DNA of 64,000 nt from Octopus vulgaris (GCA_951406725.2 OX597842.1:1240001-1304000), one strand, 5' to 3'; positions 12,822 to 27,114 are shown, numbered from the stretch's first letter. Notes: a model not told the origin generated them from the letters alone. Translations and numbers: made by a program.

Positions 12822-13510
12822 AGAACACAAACCACCACCAGTACTTCAAAATGATCACATCTCACTCCTTTGGAACTTTACTGTTCAAACTGACAGTAAG
12901 GTAGATGAAAATAGGCTAGACATTATAATGAAGGATTTCAGACAAAAATCATGCCTCCACATTGATATGACTAGCCCAACAGACATAAATATAGTCAAGA
13001 CTTAGTAAAAACTGAGGAAATATAAAGACCCTGAAATAGAAATTGACAAAATGTGGAACCTCAAGACTAAAACAATACTGATTGTCATAGGTACCTTAGG
13101 GATGATACCAAAAGGGGGTGAATGTTACCTGTTTCAGATGCCAGGAAATCCAAATATGGAAGAAACTCAAAACATAGTGCTCTTGGGAACTGCTCATATC
13201 CTACGAAAAATTTTATCTATGTAATTCCAGAAACATTTTAATCTGTAAACAGTGTCAAAATACTTTTTAGTGTGCATAAAAGCAAACACCTTTTACTGTC
13301 ATTTTAACATCACACTATCATCTTATAATCAAATTACTTTTAGAACAAACTTCTAATTTTCTTGTGTTTTTACAGACATTCTCTAGAACAATACTTTGTG
13401 CAAAACCAAATATATGGCACCCTAGTCATAACACCAACAGGAACTTCTAACTTGTTGTCTCTTGAGGTCTCTTGGTAAGACATGCAGTCAACTTGTACTA
13501 ATACAAAGCA
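12822..13510 (+). mobile_element. R4/Dong-clade LINE 3' fragment (restriction-like endonuclease domain and 3'UTR)
   Basis: EHKPPPVLQND..LLWNFTVQTD...NRLDII....CLHID...KYKD.EIEI.KMW...IVIGTLG...VLLGTAHILRKILS*, with internal disruption. The 3'UTR matches 49340-49555. Confidence 0.88.
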
Positions 13511-13580
13511 AACAGCTTTTGCACATTTATCTAGGCCAAATTCCATCCTGGTGAGGAGTGACTGTGTGGTAAGTAGCTGT

Positions 13581-13744
13581 AGGCATAGGAGTGGCTGTGT
13601 GGCAAGTAGCTTGCTTACCAACCACATGATTCTAGGTTCAGTCCCACTGCATGGCACCTTGGGCAAGTGTCTTCTACTATTGCCTCGGGCCGAACAAAGC
13701 CTTGTGAGTGGATTTGGTACACGGAAACTGAAACAAGCCCGTCG

Positions 13745-13775
<31 letters not shown>

Positions 13776-13990
13776 ATATGTTTGTGTGTCTGTGTTTGTC
13801 CTCCCAACATCGCTTGACAACCGATGATGGTGTGTTTGCATCCCTGTAACTTAGCTGTTTGCCAAAAGAGACCAATAGAATAAGTACTAGGCTTACAAAG
13901 AATAAGTCCTTGACTAAAGGCGGTGCTCCAGCATGGCTGCAGTCAAATGACTGAAACAAGTAAAAGAGTAAAAGAGTAAAAAAGAGAGAG
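13581..13990 (+). mobile_element. Full-length CORE-like SINE
   Basis: Same head, body and tail as the copy at 5656. Confidence 0.9.
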
Positions 13991-14743
13991 TACAAAAACA
14001 AGCAATACTAATGAAGATGTAATATTAAAAACAGAGAGGAGAATTGATCTAATCTAAAACAACAAACAACAACAACTCCATAACAACAACAAAAAGCAAT
14101 GACTGGAATAACAACAACAACACCAGAAGAAGTAAGAACCACGAGAGTAACAACAACAACAACAGAAATGGTGGAACGATAACAATAATGGTAACAACAA
14201 CAGCGATGTATATATGGTTGTGTGAAGTTAGCAGTTCAATGGTTTGGTAAAGCGGTGAACTGTGGAGATTTTTAACTGCTTTCCAATGGAATATCCGATG
14301 AGAGATTGATAGATTAATCTTTCATCACTCAGTATGATGTATCTGTGTGCTAACTCTTTCATTTCTGTATTTATTTTGAGATTCCCTGTTTTTCTCTCGT
14401 GAGCTGGCAGAAACATTAGCACGCCGAGCGAAATTCTCAGCAGTATTTTGTCTGTTGCTACGTTCTGAGTTCAAGTCTGGTGCAGTCTCCTGGTTTCCCC
14501 ATATGCCATCATGGAAAACGGATGTTAAACAATGATGATGATAGCTGATCTTACCAATTGGTTTCACACAAGGAATACAATAGAAAGTTTGGTAATAATC
14601 CAATCATATAACCTTACACTCGTCAGAGTTAGCTGATATGGAAGGGAATATATATATATATATATATACACAACAGGCTTCTTTTAGTTTCACTAAACCA
14701 AATCCACTCACAAGGCTTTCATCAGTGTGAGGTTATAGTAGAA

Positions 14744-14975
14744 GGCGGTGAGCTGGCAGAAACATTAGCACGCCGGGCGAAATGCTCAGCAGTATTTTGT
14801 CTGTCGCTATGTTCTGAGTTCAAATTCCACCGAGGTCGACTTTACCTTTCATCCTTTCGGGGTCGATAAATAAAGTACTAGTTTCGCACTGGGGTCGATG
14901 TAACCGACTTAATCTCTTTGTCTGTCCTTGTTTGTCCCCTCTATGTTTAGCCCCTTGTGGGCAGTAAAGAAATAA
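14744..14975 (+). mobile_element. Full-length MetaSINE-like SINE
   Basis: GGCGGTGAGCTGGCAGAA head, GAGTTCAAATTCC B box, Meta-like CCTTTCATCCTTTCGGGGTCGATAAA, tail GCCCCTTGTGGGCAGTAAAGAAATA. Confidence 0.88.
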
Positions 14976-14989
14976 ATAGGTAAAGAAAG

Positions 14990-15169
14990 AAATATTTTAA
15001 ATATAACAAAGAATTTAGTAAAATAACTTAGTTATCATTAAGCTAGTGTTAGGAACATAAATTGTGACTAAGGTTTGGGGGAAGATTATAATTCTGAACT
15101 TTTGAAAGCAAGACATTTGTACTACAGATCCAGAGCCAGTTTCAGCCGGGTTAGAAATGAAAGGGTTAA
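14990..15169. mobile_element. Possible TTAA-type (piggyBac-like) MITE end
   Basis: Ends in GAAAGGGTTAA. The opposite terminus was not found. Confidence 0.35.
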
Positions 15170-15834
15170 TGTGTAATAGACATATGTATGTCTATGTGTA
15201 TGTATATATGTGTGTATATACATGTACGTGAATAAGTGTACATAAATATGAGTAATAGATACATGTAAGTGTGTATGTATATGTACGTGAATACACAGAC
15301 ATATATGTACATACACACACACATATATATATAAACATATACACAAACATATATATGCTCATACACACACACACACATATATATATAATACATGCACATA
15401 CATCTGTATGTATACATATACATATACGTGCGAGTGTGTATGTGTGTATGTATGTATAAATGGATGAGAGACAGAAAAAAGAATTAATGAGATCCTTTAT
15501 TCAAAACCACTGCAAATACGTTGACTTATTCTTGCACATGTACCTCACAGGTAAGATGTGCAACTAATTACCTAACATGATATGTACATGTGTGTGTTTG
15601 TGTATAAACACACACACACACACACATCTAGGAACTCTACCACTTTGCTGAATTCCAGATCTGAAATTTTCAAAGGTTGTAAACATATAGATAAGTTTCT
15701 GTTGGCAAACTGGAAAATACTACCTTCTCCAGATTAAGCAGCTGTACACTATCCCTAATTCTAGGACACTATCCCCTCAGCTTTATGACTTTATGATCAA
15801 AGGTGACACAACTCTAATTCTCCCCCTCCTTCTT

Positions 15835-16152
15835 TTTTCTGGTTTACCCCTGTCTTTTCCCTAAATATAAAAACTAACTTTGGTAAAAGATTCCTGTCTC
15901 TCTTAGACAAATACTTTCCAGCCACTCACAGACACAGGAAAATATTTAATTGGCATTCTGTGAGATTATCATGTAGCTGTTGCCCCAGTATGAAGAGTAT
16001 CATTACACGTGGTCAATACCAAGAGCCTAAATACCAGTTGTAACTGTCACAACCCAGGATCCTGTCCACTTGACCCATGATCTATGACTAACTCTATCAT
16101 TTATGAGACAGATATTACTGCAACCTTGAATAATAATACAACTGATGAGAAG
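15835..16152 (+). pseudogene. Penelope-like element fragment (RT thumb/linker to the start of the GIY-YIG endonuclease)
   Basis: From 15840: WFTPVFSLNIKTNFGKRFLSLLDKYFPATHRHRKIFNWHSVRLSCSCCPSMKSII. After a frameshift: SCNCHNPGSCPLDP*SMTNSIIYETDI. Matches the PLE pattern WFNPP..N.KTN.G..FL.L.DKHFP..H...KIFN...CNC....CPL.G.C....IIY. Confidence 0.8.
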
Positions 16153-16795
16153 GTGCCAGGGGGGCTGGCAACAGCCATGATCGGTTGGTGCTTTTTACAT
16201 GCCACCGGCACAGAAGCCAGTCAAGGCGGCGCTGGCATCGGCCACGTTCGGACGGTGTTTTTTACTTGCCACCGGCACAGGTATCACAACTACAATTTCC
16301 ATTTGATTTTTTGATGTTGATGTACTTGACTCAATGGGTCTCCTCAAGCACAGCAGGTCACCCTACGATCCAAGGTAAGCACAGCAGGCCGTTCTGCGAT
16401 CCAAGGTATTTTGGATGGGCTGGGGCTTGTATGTGAAGCTGGTGCAGGAAACAGCCATATACACACATAGATATATATATATACACATAAATAAATAACT
16501 AAAAAGCACCATCTGATCGTGGCCGTTGGCAGCCTCGTCTGGCCCTCCATGCCGGTGGCACATAAAAAGCACCATCCGACCGTGGCCGTTTGCCAGCCCC
16601 GTCTGGTACCTGTGGTGGTGGCATGTAAAAAGCACCCACTACACTCACAGAGTGGTTGGCATTAGGAAGGGCATCCAGCCATTGAAACATTGCCAGATCA
16701 GACTGGGCCTGGTGCAGCCTTCCGGCTTCCCAGACCCCAGTAGAACCATCCAACCCATGCTAGCATGGAAAGCGGACGCTAAACGATGAAGATGA

Positions 16796-16798
<3 letters not shown>
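16150..16798. mobile_element. Two oppositely oriented RTE 3'UTR fragments
   Basis: 16150-16455 matches 3441-3715 (minus-strand RTE). 16500-16798 is the same family on +, ending in (GAT)n. Confidence 0.8.
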
Positions 16799-16831
<33 letters not shown>

Positions 16832-16983
16832 TCATCATCATCATCGTTTACTCTGGTATATATATATATATATATCATCATCATCATCGTTTACTCTGGT
16901 ATATATATATATATATATCATCATCATCATCGTTTACTCTGGTATATATATATATATATATCATCATCATCATCGTTTACTCT

Positions 16984-17022
<39 letters not shown>

Positions 17023-17025
<3 letters not shown>

Positions 17026-17116
17026 CCAGAGTAAGCACGTAAATTTGAAACAAGGTGGAAATAAAGAGTACTCGAATACCGGAGGTAGAGTAATATGCTT
17101 TATCGATAAAGCATAT
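17023..17116. mobile_element. Short foldback-terminated repeat (same family as 35352-35530)
   Basis: About 85 bp shared with 35352-35432. Ends in the perfect palindrome ATATGCTTTATCGATAAAGCATAT. Confidence 0.7.
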
Positions 17117-17409
17117 ATATATATATTATCTGTATGTACATGCGTAGTTCTCTTCTTATAAATCCACTACAATGCAAGGTTAGAGGTAGATCGTAAACAG
17201 ATGCAAATCAATAACAAATTTAGAACAATGGATTCTATGTATTTCATTTAGCTTGCATTTTGATATTTTGTATTAGAGAATCCTTCATCAACATAACAAA
17301 GTGAGAGTTTGATCCATCTGCATAAATTAACATAGCCACACACACACACACATCTTTTATCTTTTAATTGTTTTTAGTTATTAGCCTGCAGCTGAGCTGG
17401 GACATTGCC

Positions 17410-17758
17410 TTGATGATGATGATGATGGTGATGCAGATGATGGTGTTGGTGAAGGTGATGACAATGTTGATGGTGATGGTGATAATAATGAAGAAGGGGG
17501 TGGAAGTGGAGCAGATGATGGGGATGCGGATGTTGGTGAAGATGGCGGTGATAATAATGATGATGATGATGATGATGATGATGGAAGTGGAGCAGATGAT
17601 GGGGATGCGGATGGTGGTGGTGATGATGATGATGATGATGATGGAAGTGGAGTAGATGATGGTGGTGGTGGTGATGATGGTGGTGATGATGGTGATGATG
17701 ATGATGATGATGATGGTGATGATGATGGTGGTGATGATGATGATGATGATGGTGATGG

Positions 17759-17813
<55 letters not shown>

Positions 17814-17835
17814 GATGGTGATGATGATGGTGATG

Positions 17836-17924
<89 letters not shown>

Positions 17925-18740
17925 GGCGATGATGATGATGATGATGATGAAGATGGTTATGAATGTTACAGACATTGGCTGTTTAAGTGTTCAAACTTCA
18001 CTTGTGTTACTGAGCTGAGTCATCACCACCACCACCACCACCACCATCATCATCATCAACATAACAATCATCATCATCGTCATCAACACAATCATCACCA
18101 CTATCATCATCATCATCATCATTATCAGCAGCAGCACCATCATCACAGTAATCATCATCAGCATCATCGCCACCACTGTTATCACCATCATCATCATCAT
18201 CAAACAATAATCATCATCATCATTGTCATCAACACAATCATCACCACCACCATCATTGTCATTATAATCATCATCATTATCATCATCGTCGTCATCATCA
18301 CAGTCATCATCATCATCATCATCATCACACCACCATTGTTATTACCATCATCACCGTCATCATCAGAATACGTTGTAGCATCTCCATGACAAAGAGCATA
18401 ATCGCCACCCCTGCACCGCCACCTCCGCACTGCCCCCCCGCACCGCCACCCCACACTACCACCACCTCCATTATCGTCACCATGACAACCACTGCGACCA
18501 CCATTACAATCGTCATAATCATCATCATCATCACTACCATCATCATTATCATCATGATCAGCAAGAGAATGAGCAGTGACTGCAAAAGCCGCTTCTCAAC
18601 CACGACCACCACCACTCCTGCCACCAACACCATCACCATCACCACCGCAACCGTCACCATCATCCTAAATCTCCTCCTACGGTTATGCCTCTTCCTCCTT
18701 TCCCCTCCTCCTCCTCTAACCACCACCACCACCAACAACA
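17410..18740. repeat. (GAT/GGT)n tract followed by a complementary (CAT/CAC)n tract
   Basis: 17410-17960 is ATG-type and 18020-18740 is CAT-type. Confidence 0.95.
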
Positions 18741-19045
18741 AGAACAACAACAATAGTGATGACAGCAACTTAATTCTTCAAAAGTTTTGATTTTTCCAAA
18801 CCTGAAACAATGGAATGAAATTCGGAATAACACAAACAACAACAACAACAACAGGTAGTTCGCCTCCCCCCGCTCCCCTCACGCCTCCCACCCTGCATAA
18901 CAACAACAATAACCACCATCGCTGCACTTATCGAAACATATGTGTTGCGTGCTCACCAAACAATACACTATCAATAACTCCCCTATATGGGTGTGTGTGT
19001 CTGTCTGTGTGTTTGTGAGCATGTGCAACAAGCAAAGCATCAATA

Positions 19046-19090
<45 letters not shown>

Positions 19091-19233
19091 TGGATGTATG
19101 TATTTATGATCATACATATATATGTGTACAAGTAAACACCCTCAACGAGGCATATACTATACGCATGCAAACACATATATGCATAGACATACATATGAAT
19201 ACATGCATATATATGTATACAAACACACACACA

Positions 19234-19270
19234 TATATACATACAAACGCAAACACAGACACACATATAT

Positions 19271-19307
<37 letters not shown>

Positions 19308-19323
19308 ATATATCATCATATAC

Positions 19324-19361
<38 letters not shown>

Positions 19362-19542
19362 GTGTGTGTGAGTGTATACATATATATATATATATCATCA
19401 TCATCATCAGGATATATATATATATGTATACACTCACACACACATATATATATATATATATGTATATGATGATATATATATATATTTATATATATATATA
19501 TAAAGATATACGTGTGTCTGTGTTTGCGTTTGTATGTATATA
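19234..19542. repeat. Foldback inverted duplication of microsatellite-rich DNA
   Basis: Arms 19234-19396 and 19411-19542 share the non-repetitive words CAAACGCAAACACAGAC and GTGAGTGTATAC in reverse complement. Confidence 0.85.
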
Positions 19543-20271
19543 ATATATATATATATATAAATCAATACATATATACACATATATAACTATATAAACATGC
19601 ATACTCAGATACATATGTATAACAATACAACACCAACAAATGCGCACAAACACAAACAGACAAACATATGTATACACACATATACACTATGTTATCGTAC
19701 AAACTCCAGTTCCTTTTACCAGAAAAAAGACCCAACAACAATGTGAGTTTTCTGATTAATAAACATTAACTCGATACAATAGAAAGAGTTTTAAAAATCC
19801 ACAAAATATTATATTTCTAATGTTTTCATAAATATATAAACCACATTGTAAAGTATTGCTATACAATATCGCTAAATTGTGATTGATTGGTTATTAAACT
19901 CTATTATTTTTTTAGACTTTTATCCGATTGATATTGGATTATTGTGCATAGTTCTGCAGATATTTCTGCGTGTAGAGGTGTGTGGGTGTATATTTTATAC
20001 GCATGTATATGTATATCTATATGCATGTGTATGTGTGCATTTGTCCATATACACGTGTGTATGGTTGTGTGTGTGTGTGTGCATGTGTGTCTGTGCTTGT
20101 GCATGTGTGTGTGTATGTGTGTATTTATCTGCTGTTTTCTGTATGTTCGCATTTGTCCATATATGTGTGTGCATGCATGTGTGTGTATGTGTATGTGAGT
20201 TTGTGCATTCGTGTGTGTATGCGTGTGTCTTTATCTGGGTTTGTTCAAGTCTGAAAGCATATATATATATA

Positions 20272-20304
<33 letters not shown>

Positions 20305-20323
20305 GTATGTATGCACGTATATA

Positions 20324-20393
<70 letters not shown>

Positions 20394-20400
20394 ATATACA

Positions 20401-20431
<31 letters not shown>

Positions 20432-20599
20432 ATGTAGTGTATGTGTGTGTGTGTGTATATGAATGTTGTGTTATGTGTTTATGTGGATATATGTATGCAA
20501 ATGCATATGTAATACAATTTGTGGCTTTTGTTTATATATACACACAGAAATACATAGGAATACCTACAGATATATATATATATATACACACATATATGA

Positions 20600-20668
<69 letters not shown>

Positions 20669-21265
20669 GGAAGAGCAGTAAATAACATATAAATGCAAAT
20701 ATATACATCTATATCAATATGTGTGTGTGCATGTGTGTGTGTGTGTGTACACAGATACAAAGAGAACAGAAAGAGATGTGTGTATAGGTGACATACAGAA
20801 GTTGTAACTTGCTGTGCACTTCCAAATGGTTAGGTCTACACATGTTGCTATTTTCCCATCAGCATAGGACTTTCAGAAGATGGAATGACGAATGACGTCA
20901 CCCGAAAGAGAGGCTTGAACATCAGGGTACCATTGCCTGGCATTCTGTGTTTAGTACCCTGTGACGGGTGGAAACGAGATGACCAGTAAGCATCTGAAAC
21001 TACAAGTTTTACAACAGAGTGTCTTCCACCTAGAAGGATGCCGTGAGAACAGCTAAGGGTCCCTCACTCCTGGAGGTTTTACTACATACCCAGGCACTGA
21101 TCAAGGGTATTTCTGTATTATGGTGATGGGATGAAATGTCATCAAATATGCTAATTAAGTCACGGCTTGGACCCTGGCTGAGGCTACTACTTTGGGTCGG
21201 AGTAGCCCTGAGAAAAACAGCAGGCAAGAGGTGGTTCCACACTCCTTAACATCAAATATACGTCA

Positions 21266-21432
21266 TATACGACGGGCTTCAATCAGTTTCTGTCTACCAA
21301 ATCTACTCACAAGGCTTTGGTTGGCCTGTGGCTATAGTAGAAGACACTTGCCCAAGATGCCACGCAGTGGGACTGAACCTGGAAGCATGTTTTTGGTAAG
21401 CAAGCTACTCACCACACAGTCACTCCTGCGCC

Positions 21433-21470
<38 letters not shown>

Positions 21471-22049
21471 GATATATACGACAGGCTTCTTTCAGTTTCC
21501 ATCTCCCAAATCCACTCACAAGGCTTTGGTTGGCCTGAGGCTATAGTAGAAGACACTTGCCCAAGGTGCCACGCAGTGGGACTGAACCTGGAACCATGTG
21601 GTTGGTAAGCAAGCTACTCCCCACACAGCCACTCCTGCGCCTATGTATGTATATATATATATATATACATAGATATATACGACAGGCTTCTTTCAGTTTC
21701 CATCTACCAAATCCACTCACAAGGCTTTGTTTGGCCCAAGGCAATAGTAGAAGACACTTGCCCAAGGTGCCACGCAGTGGGACTGAACCCGGAACCATGT
21801 GGTTGGTAAGCAAGCTACTCCCCACACAGCCACTCCTGCGCCTATGTATGTATATATATATATATATATACATAGATATATACGACAGGCTTCTTTCAGT
21901 TTCCATCTACCAAATCCACTCACAAGGCTTTGTTTGGCCCAAGGCAATAGTAGAAGACACTTGCCCAAGGTGCCATGCAGTGGGACTGAACCTGGAACCA
22001 TGTGGTTGGTAAGCAAGCTACTCCCCACACAGCCACTCCTGCGCCTATG

Positions 22050-22085
<36 letters not shown>

Positions 22086-22255
22086 GATATATACGACAGG
22101 CTTCTTTCAGTTTCCATCTACCAAATCCACTCACAAGGCTTTGTTTGGCCCAAGGCAATAGTAGAAGACACTTGCCCAAGGTGCCACGCAGTGGGACTGA
22201 ACCCGGAACCATGTGGTTGGTAAACAAGCTATTTACCACACAGCCACTCCTACGC
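21266..22255 (-). repeat. Tandem array of five CORE-like SINE 5' halves (~205 bp period)
   Basis: Units begin near 21266, 21474, 21675, 21878 and 22089, separated by (TA)n. Confidence 0.92.
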
Positions 22256-22507
22256 ATCATCAATGATATTTGTTGTTGTTCATTATGTGCAGGAGGGTGG
22301 CAGGATCTAATTAAATCCAGCTGGATTAGGTTTTGTTTAGGCAAATCCATGATTAGAAAGAAGAATGGTTAGGTGGCACAGCCATGGTGAGAAGAGGGAA
22401 ATAATTGTTACACAGTGCTTTATATTGAGGGAAAAGGAAAATGGATGCTAGTAGATCCAAAGTTGTGCAAAGAATAAAGATGAATTCTGGTGAGAGAAAA
22501 GATAGAT

Positions 22508-22679
22508 AGGCGCAGGAGTGGCTGTGTGGTAAGTAGCTTGCTAATCAACCACATGGTTCCAGGTTCAGTCCCACTGCGTGGCACCTTGGGCAAGTGTCTT
22601 CCGCTATAGCCTCGGGCCGACCAATGCCTTGTGAGTGGATTTGGTAGACGGAAACTGAAAGAAGCCTGTCGTATATATG

Positions 22680-22731
<52 letters not shown>

Positions 22732-22938
22732 TGTGTCTGTGTTTGTCCCCCTAGCATTGCTTGACAACCGATGCTGGTGTGTTTATGTCCCCATCACTTA
22801 GCGGTTCGGCAAAAGAGACCAATAGAATAAGTACTGGGCTTACAAAGAATAAGTCCCGGGGTCGATTTGCTCGACTAAAGGTGGTGCTCCAGCATGGTCG
22901 CAGTCAAATGACTGAAACAAGTAAAATAGTAAAAGAGT
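22508..22938 (+). mobile_element. Full-length CORE-like SINE
   Basis: Head, body and tail are intact. Confidence 0.92.
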
Positions 22939-22947
22939 AGGTTAGCA

Positions 22948-23950
22948 GTATGTATTGGATATATATTGATCTGTATATTGATGAGTAAGAGGTGTGTATT
23001 GGATATATATGGTAAAAAGTAGTAAAAAGTAGTCTCTACAGCTGTTTCTGGGGTATCCCAGGCATTGGATTATAATATTGAGCGAAGACTCTGTTAGTTA
23101 GGTATTCTACCTTCAGAGAAATATAGGTTTGGCATCATCCTTTTACTCATTTCAGTCATTTGACTGTGGTCATGCTGGAGCATGATGAGTAAGAGGTATG
23201 TATTGGATATAGATTGATCTGTATATTGATGAGTAAGAGGTGTGTATTGGATATATATGGTAAAAAGTAGTAAAAAGTAGTCTCTACAGCTGTTTCTGGG
23301 GTATCCCAGGCATTGGATTATAATATTGAGCGAAGACTCTGTTAGTTAGGTATTCTACCTTCAGAGAAATATAGGTTTGGCATCATCCTTTTACTCATTT
23401 CAGTCATTTGACTGTGGTCATGCTGGAGCATGATGAGTATGTATTGGATATAGATTGATCTGTATATTGATGAGTAAGAGGTGTGTATTGGATATATATG
23501 GTAAAAAGTAGTCTCTACAGCTGTTTCTGGGGCATCCCAGGCATTGGATTATAATATTGAGCGAAGACTCTGTTAGTTAGGTATTTTACCATCAGAGAAA
23601 TATGGGTTAGGCATTATCCTTTTACTCATTTCAGTCATTTGACTGTGGCCATGCTGGAGCATGATGAGTAAGAAGTATGTATTGGATATAGATTGATCTG
23701 TATATTGATGGGTAAACAGTATGTATTGGCTATATATGGTAAAAAGTAGTCTCTACAGCTGTTTCTGGGGTATCCCAGGCATTGGATTATAATATTGAGT
23801 GAAGACTCTGTTAGTTAGGTATTCTACCATCAGAGAAATATGGGTTAGGCATTATCCATTTACTCGTTTCAGTCATTTGACTGTGGCCATGCTGGAGCAT
23901 GATGGGTAAGAGGTATGTATTGGATATATATTGATCTGTATGTTGATGGG
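22948..23950. repeat. Tandem repeat, ~240 bp x 4 plus a partial unit, each carrying an inverted SINE tail piece
   Basis: Units near 22948, 23195, 23437, 23675 and 23913 (partial). Each full unit contains TTTCAGTCATTTGACTGTGG-CATGCTGGAGCA. Confidence 0.92.
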
Positions 23951-24454
23951 TATTCATTCCAGAACAAGAATGAATGCTAAAAGTTCCAAAGTTGTGTAGC
24001 AAGGAATTTGCCAGATGCCAATAAAATGCAGCTCGTACATCAAAAGTATATACTAGTGCCAATATAGAAACATATAAGCAGGGCTCCAGCATGGTTGCAG
24101 TCCAATAAAAGATACCAATAAAACATAAAACACTTTTAATAAAAACCTGAAACGAAAATATAAAAAGGGAACACTTACCCATAAACATGGTGCTCCAGTA
24201 TGGCCACGGACTGCAGCTGAATAATACAGAAAAAAGAATTAATGAATACAACTAGAATTCCATTTATATGTTGTCCGATTGCCAAAGATTAGACATCAAA
24301 CTGGAACCTGGAATGGCAGATTGTTTTAATTCAAGAGATAGTAAAATTACTGCAGACCGTATCATCAAAATATGGTAGCGCCACTGCAGGAATGGTAAGC
24401 TGGAAAATTAATGTTATCAGGACTTTTATCATTGTACGTGTGCGTGTGTGTGTA

Positions 24455-25405
<951 letters not shown>

Positions 25406-25973
25406 ATGATAATGATGTTTGGTTATTATTGGGAACAAGCGCCACCAAAATGCATATAAAAATATGATTATAAAACTGATAATGATGTATTCTGTTTTGC
25501 CATTTCTATGGTGGCGCTATCTCTGTGGGCTGAAGGGCACTGGCATGGCTGTGGTTTTAAAAAGTCTGGGTGTGAAACACATGGCGTCAAGTTCAATCCC
25601 ACTTTATGTCACCTGGGACAACTGTCTTCTACAATAGCTCCAGGAGAAGTAAAGCTTCGAGAGCGAATTTTGTAAATGGAAACTGTGCAGAAGCCTGAAA
25701 TGTGTTTGTAATGTAAAATTATTTCTATTATAACTGGACACAAAGGTGGTCAGCTGGCAGAACCGTTAGCACAATGGACAATATGCTTAGCAATATTTCA
25801 CCTGTCACTACAGTCCGAGTTCAAATTCCACCGAGGTTGACTTTTCCTTTCATCCTTTCAGGATCAACGAATTAAGTACCAGTAAAATACTGGGGTAGAT
25901 GTAATCTACCTCCCCACAAATTTTAGGCCTTGTGCCTCCATTAGAAAGGACTATAACTGAACATAAAAACATA

Positions 25974-26011
25974 GATCTCTATATATATAAAACTGAGAAT
26001 GTGTGTCTGTT

Positions 26012-26042
<31 letters not shown>

Positions 26043-26400
26043 TTGTCTGTCTGTGTGTTTCCCTAAAACTTGAGAACTACACAACCAATTCCATTCAAAT
26101 TTTATACATGCCTTACTTAGGGTCCATGTAGTTTCATATGCAAAAAAAATGTTCAACTTCTTGCCTAGAGCGAGCCCATAGCAATATCATATCTTCTCCA
26201 CTACGATTCCCTAAAACTTGAGAGCTACACAACCAATTCCATTCAAATTTTACACATGCTTTACTTAGGGTCCATGTAGTTTCATGGATAAAAAAAATGT
26301 TCAACTTCTTGCCTAGAGCGAGCCCATAGCAATATCATATCTTCTCCACTATTTCAGTATTATGTGTTAAAAGTGAAACAAAAATATTTCTCTATTTTAT
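25974..26400. mobile_element. Helitron/Helentron-associated non-autonomous element with an internal ~147-bp tandem duplication
   Basis: ATCTCTATATATATAAAA terminus followed by (GTCT)n. 26059-26203 is repeated at 26207-26352. Confidence 0.55.
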
Positions 26401-27114
26401 GTCAGATACTTTCACTTTAACAATAAAAACAATAATAACAATTGAATTATATGTAGTAAGTAATAATTAAAATCAAACTAAAATATAATATAATTGTAAC
26501 ATAACAAAAGTAAAAATAGCAATTGGTATAAAATTGCATCAATGACTTGAACTTGAATAAGTGGTTTCACATGAATGGGAATAAATTAAAAATAAAATTA
26601 GTGTGCAGAAATGGAATAGTCCAGATGGATAATAAAAAATTAAATTAAAGAAAAGACTGTTGTCTATAAAGTATATAATGTAGAGAAAAAATTGACTTAA
26701 TCCATTTGTCTGTCCTTGTTTGTCCTCTCTGTGTTTAGCCCCTTGTGGGTAGTAAAGAAATAAGAAAACTTTTATTGGGGACAGCTAGGATCTTGGGTGT
26801 CAGGTACCATGGAAGAAGACTCTGTGAGGCCCTTGAGAACAGGTTGTTGGCTGCTTTTATGGAATATGCCAGAGCAAGTAAAATCAAGAACTTGGAAAAG
26901 TGAAATTGAAATAATAATAATAATAATTCTTCCTACTCTGAGTATAACTCCTGCAATTTTGTGGGGAGCGGGTAAGACTATTACATTGACTGAATGAAAG
27001 AAAGGAAGATTGATTGATTGATTGATTGATAGATGGATAGATAAAAGGATAGATGAATGGATGGATGGAATGATAGAGTTCAAAAGATAGATAGATAGAT
27101 AGATAGATATCTAG

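Noticed and set aside
16075-16083. In-frame TGA in the PLE fragment as possible selenocysteine (known in some PLEs)
   Set aside because: It aligns to the residue before the conserved Cys (CPLxG-K/R-C), fits CGA-to-TGA decay, and the copy is frameshifted.
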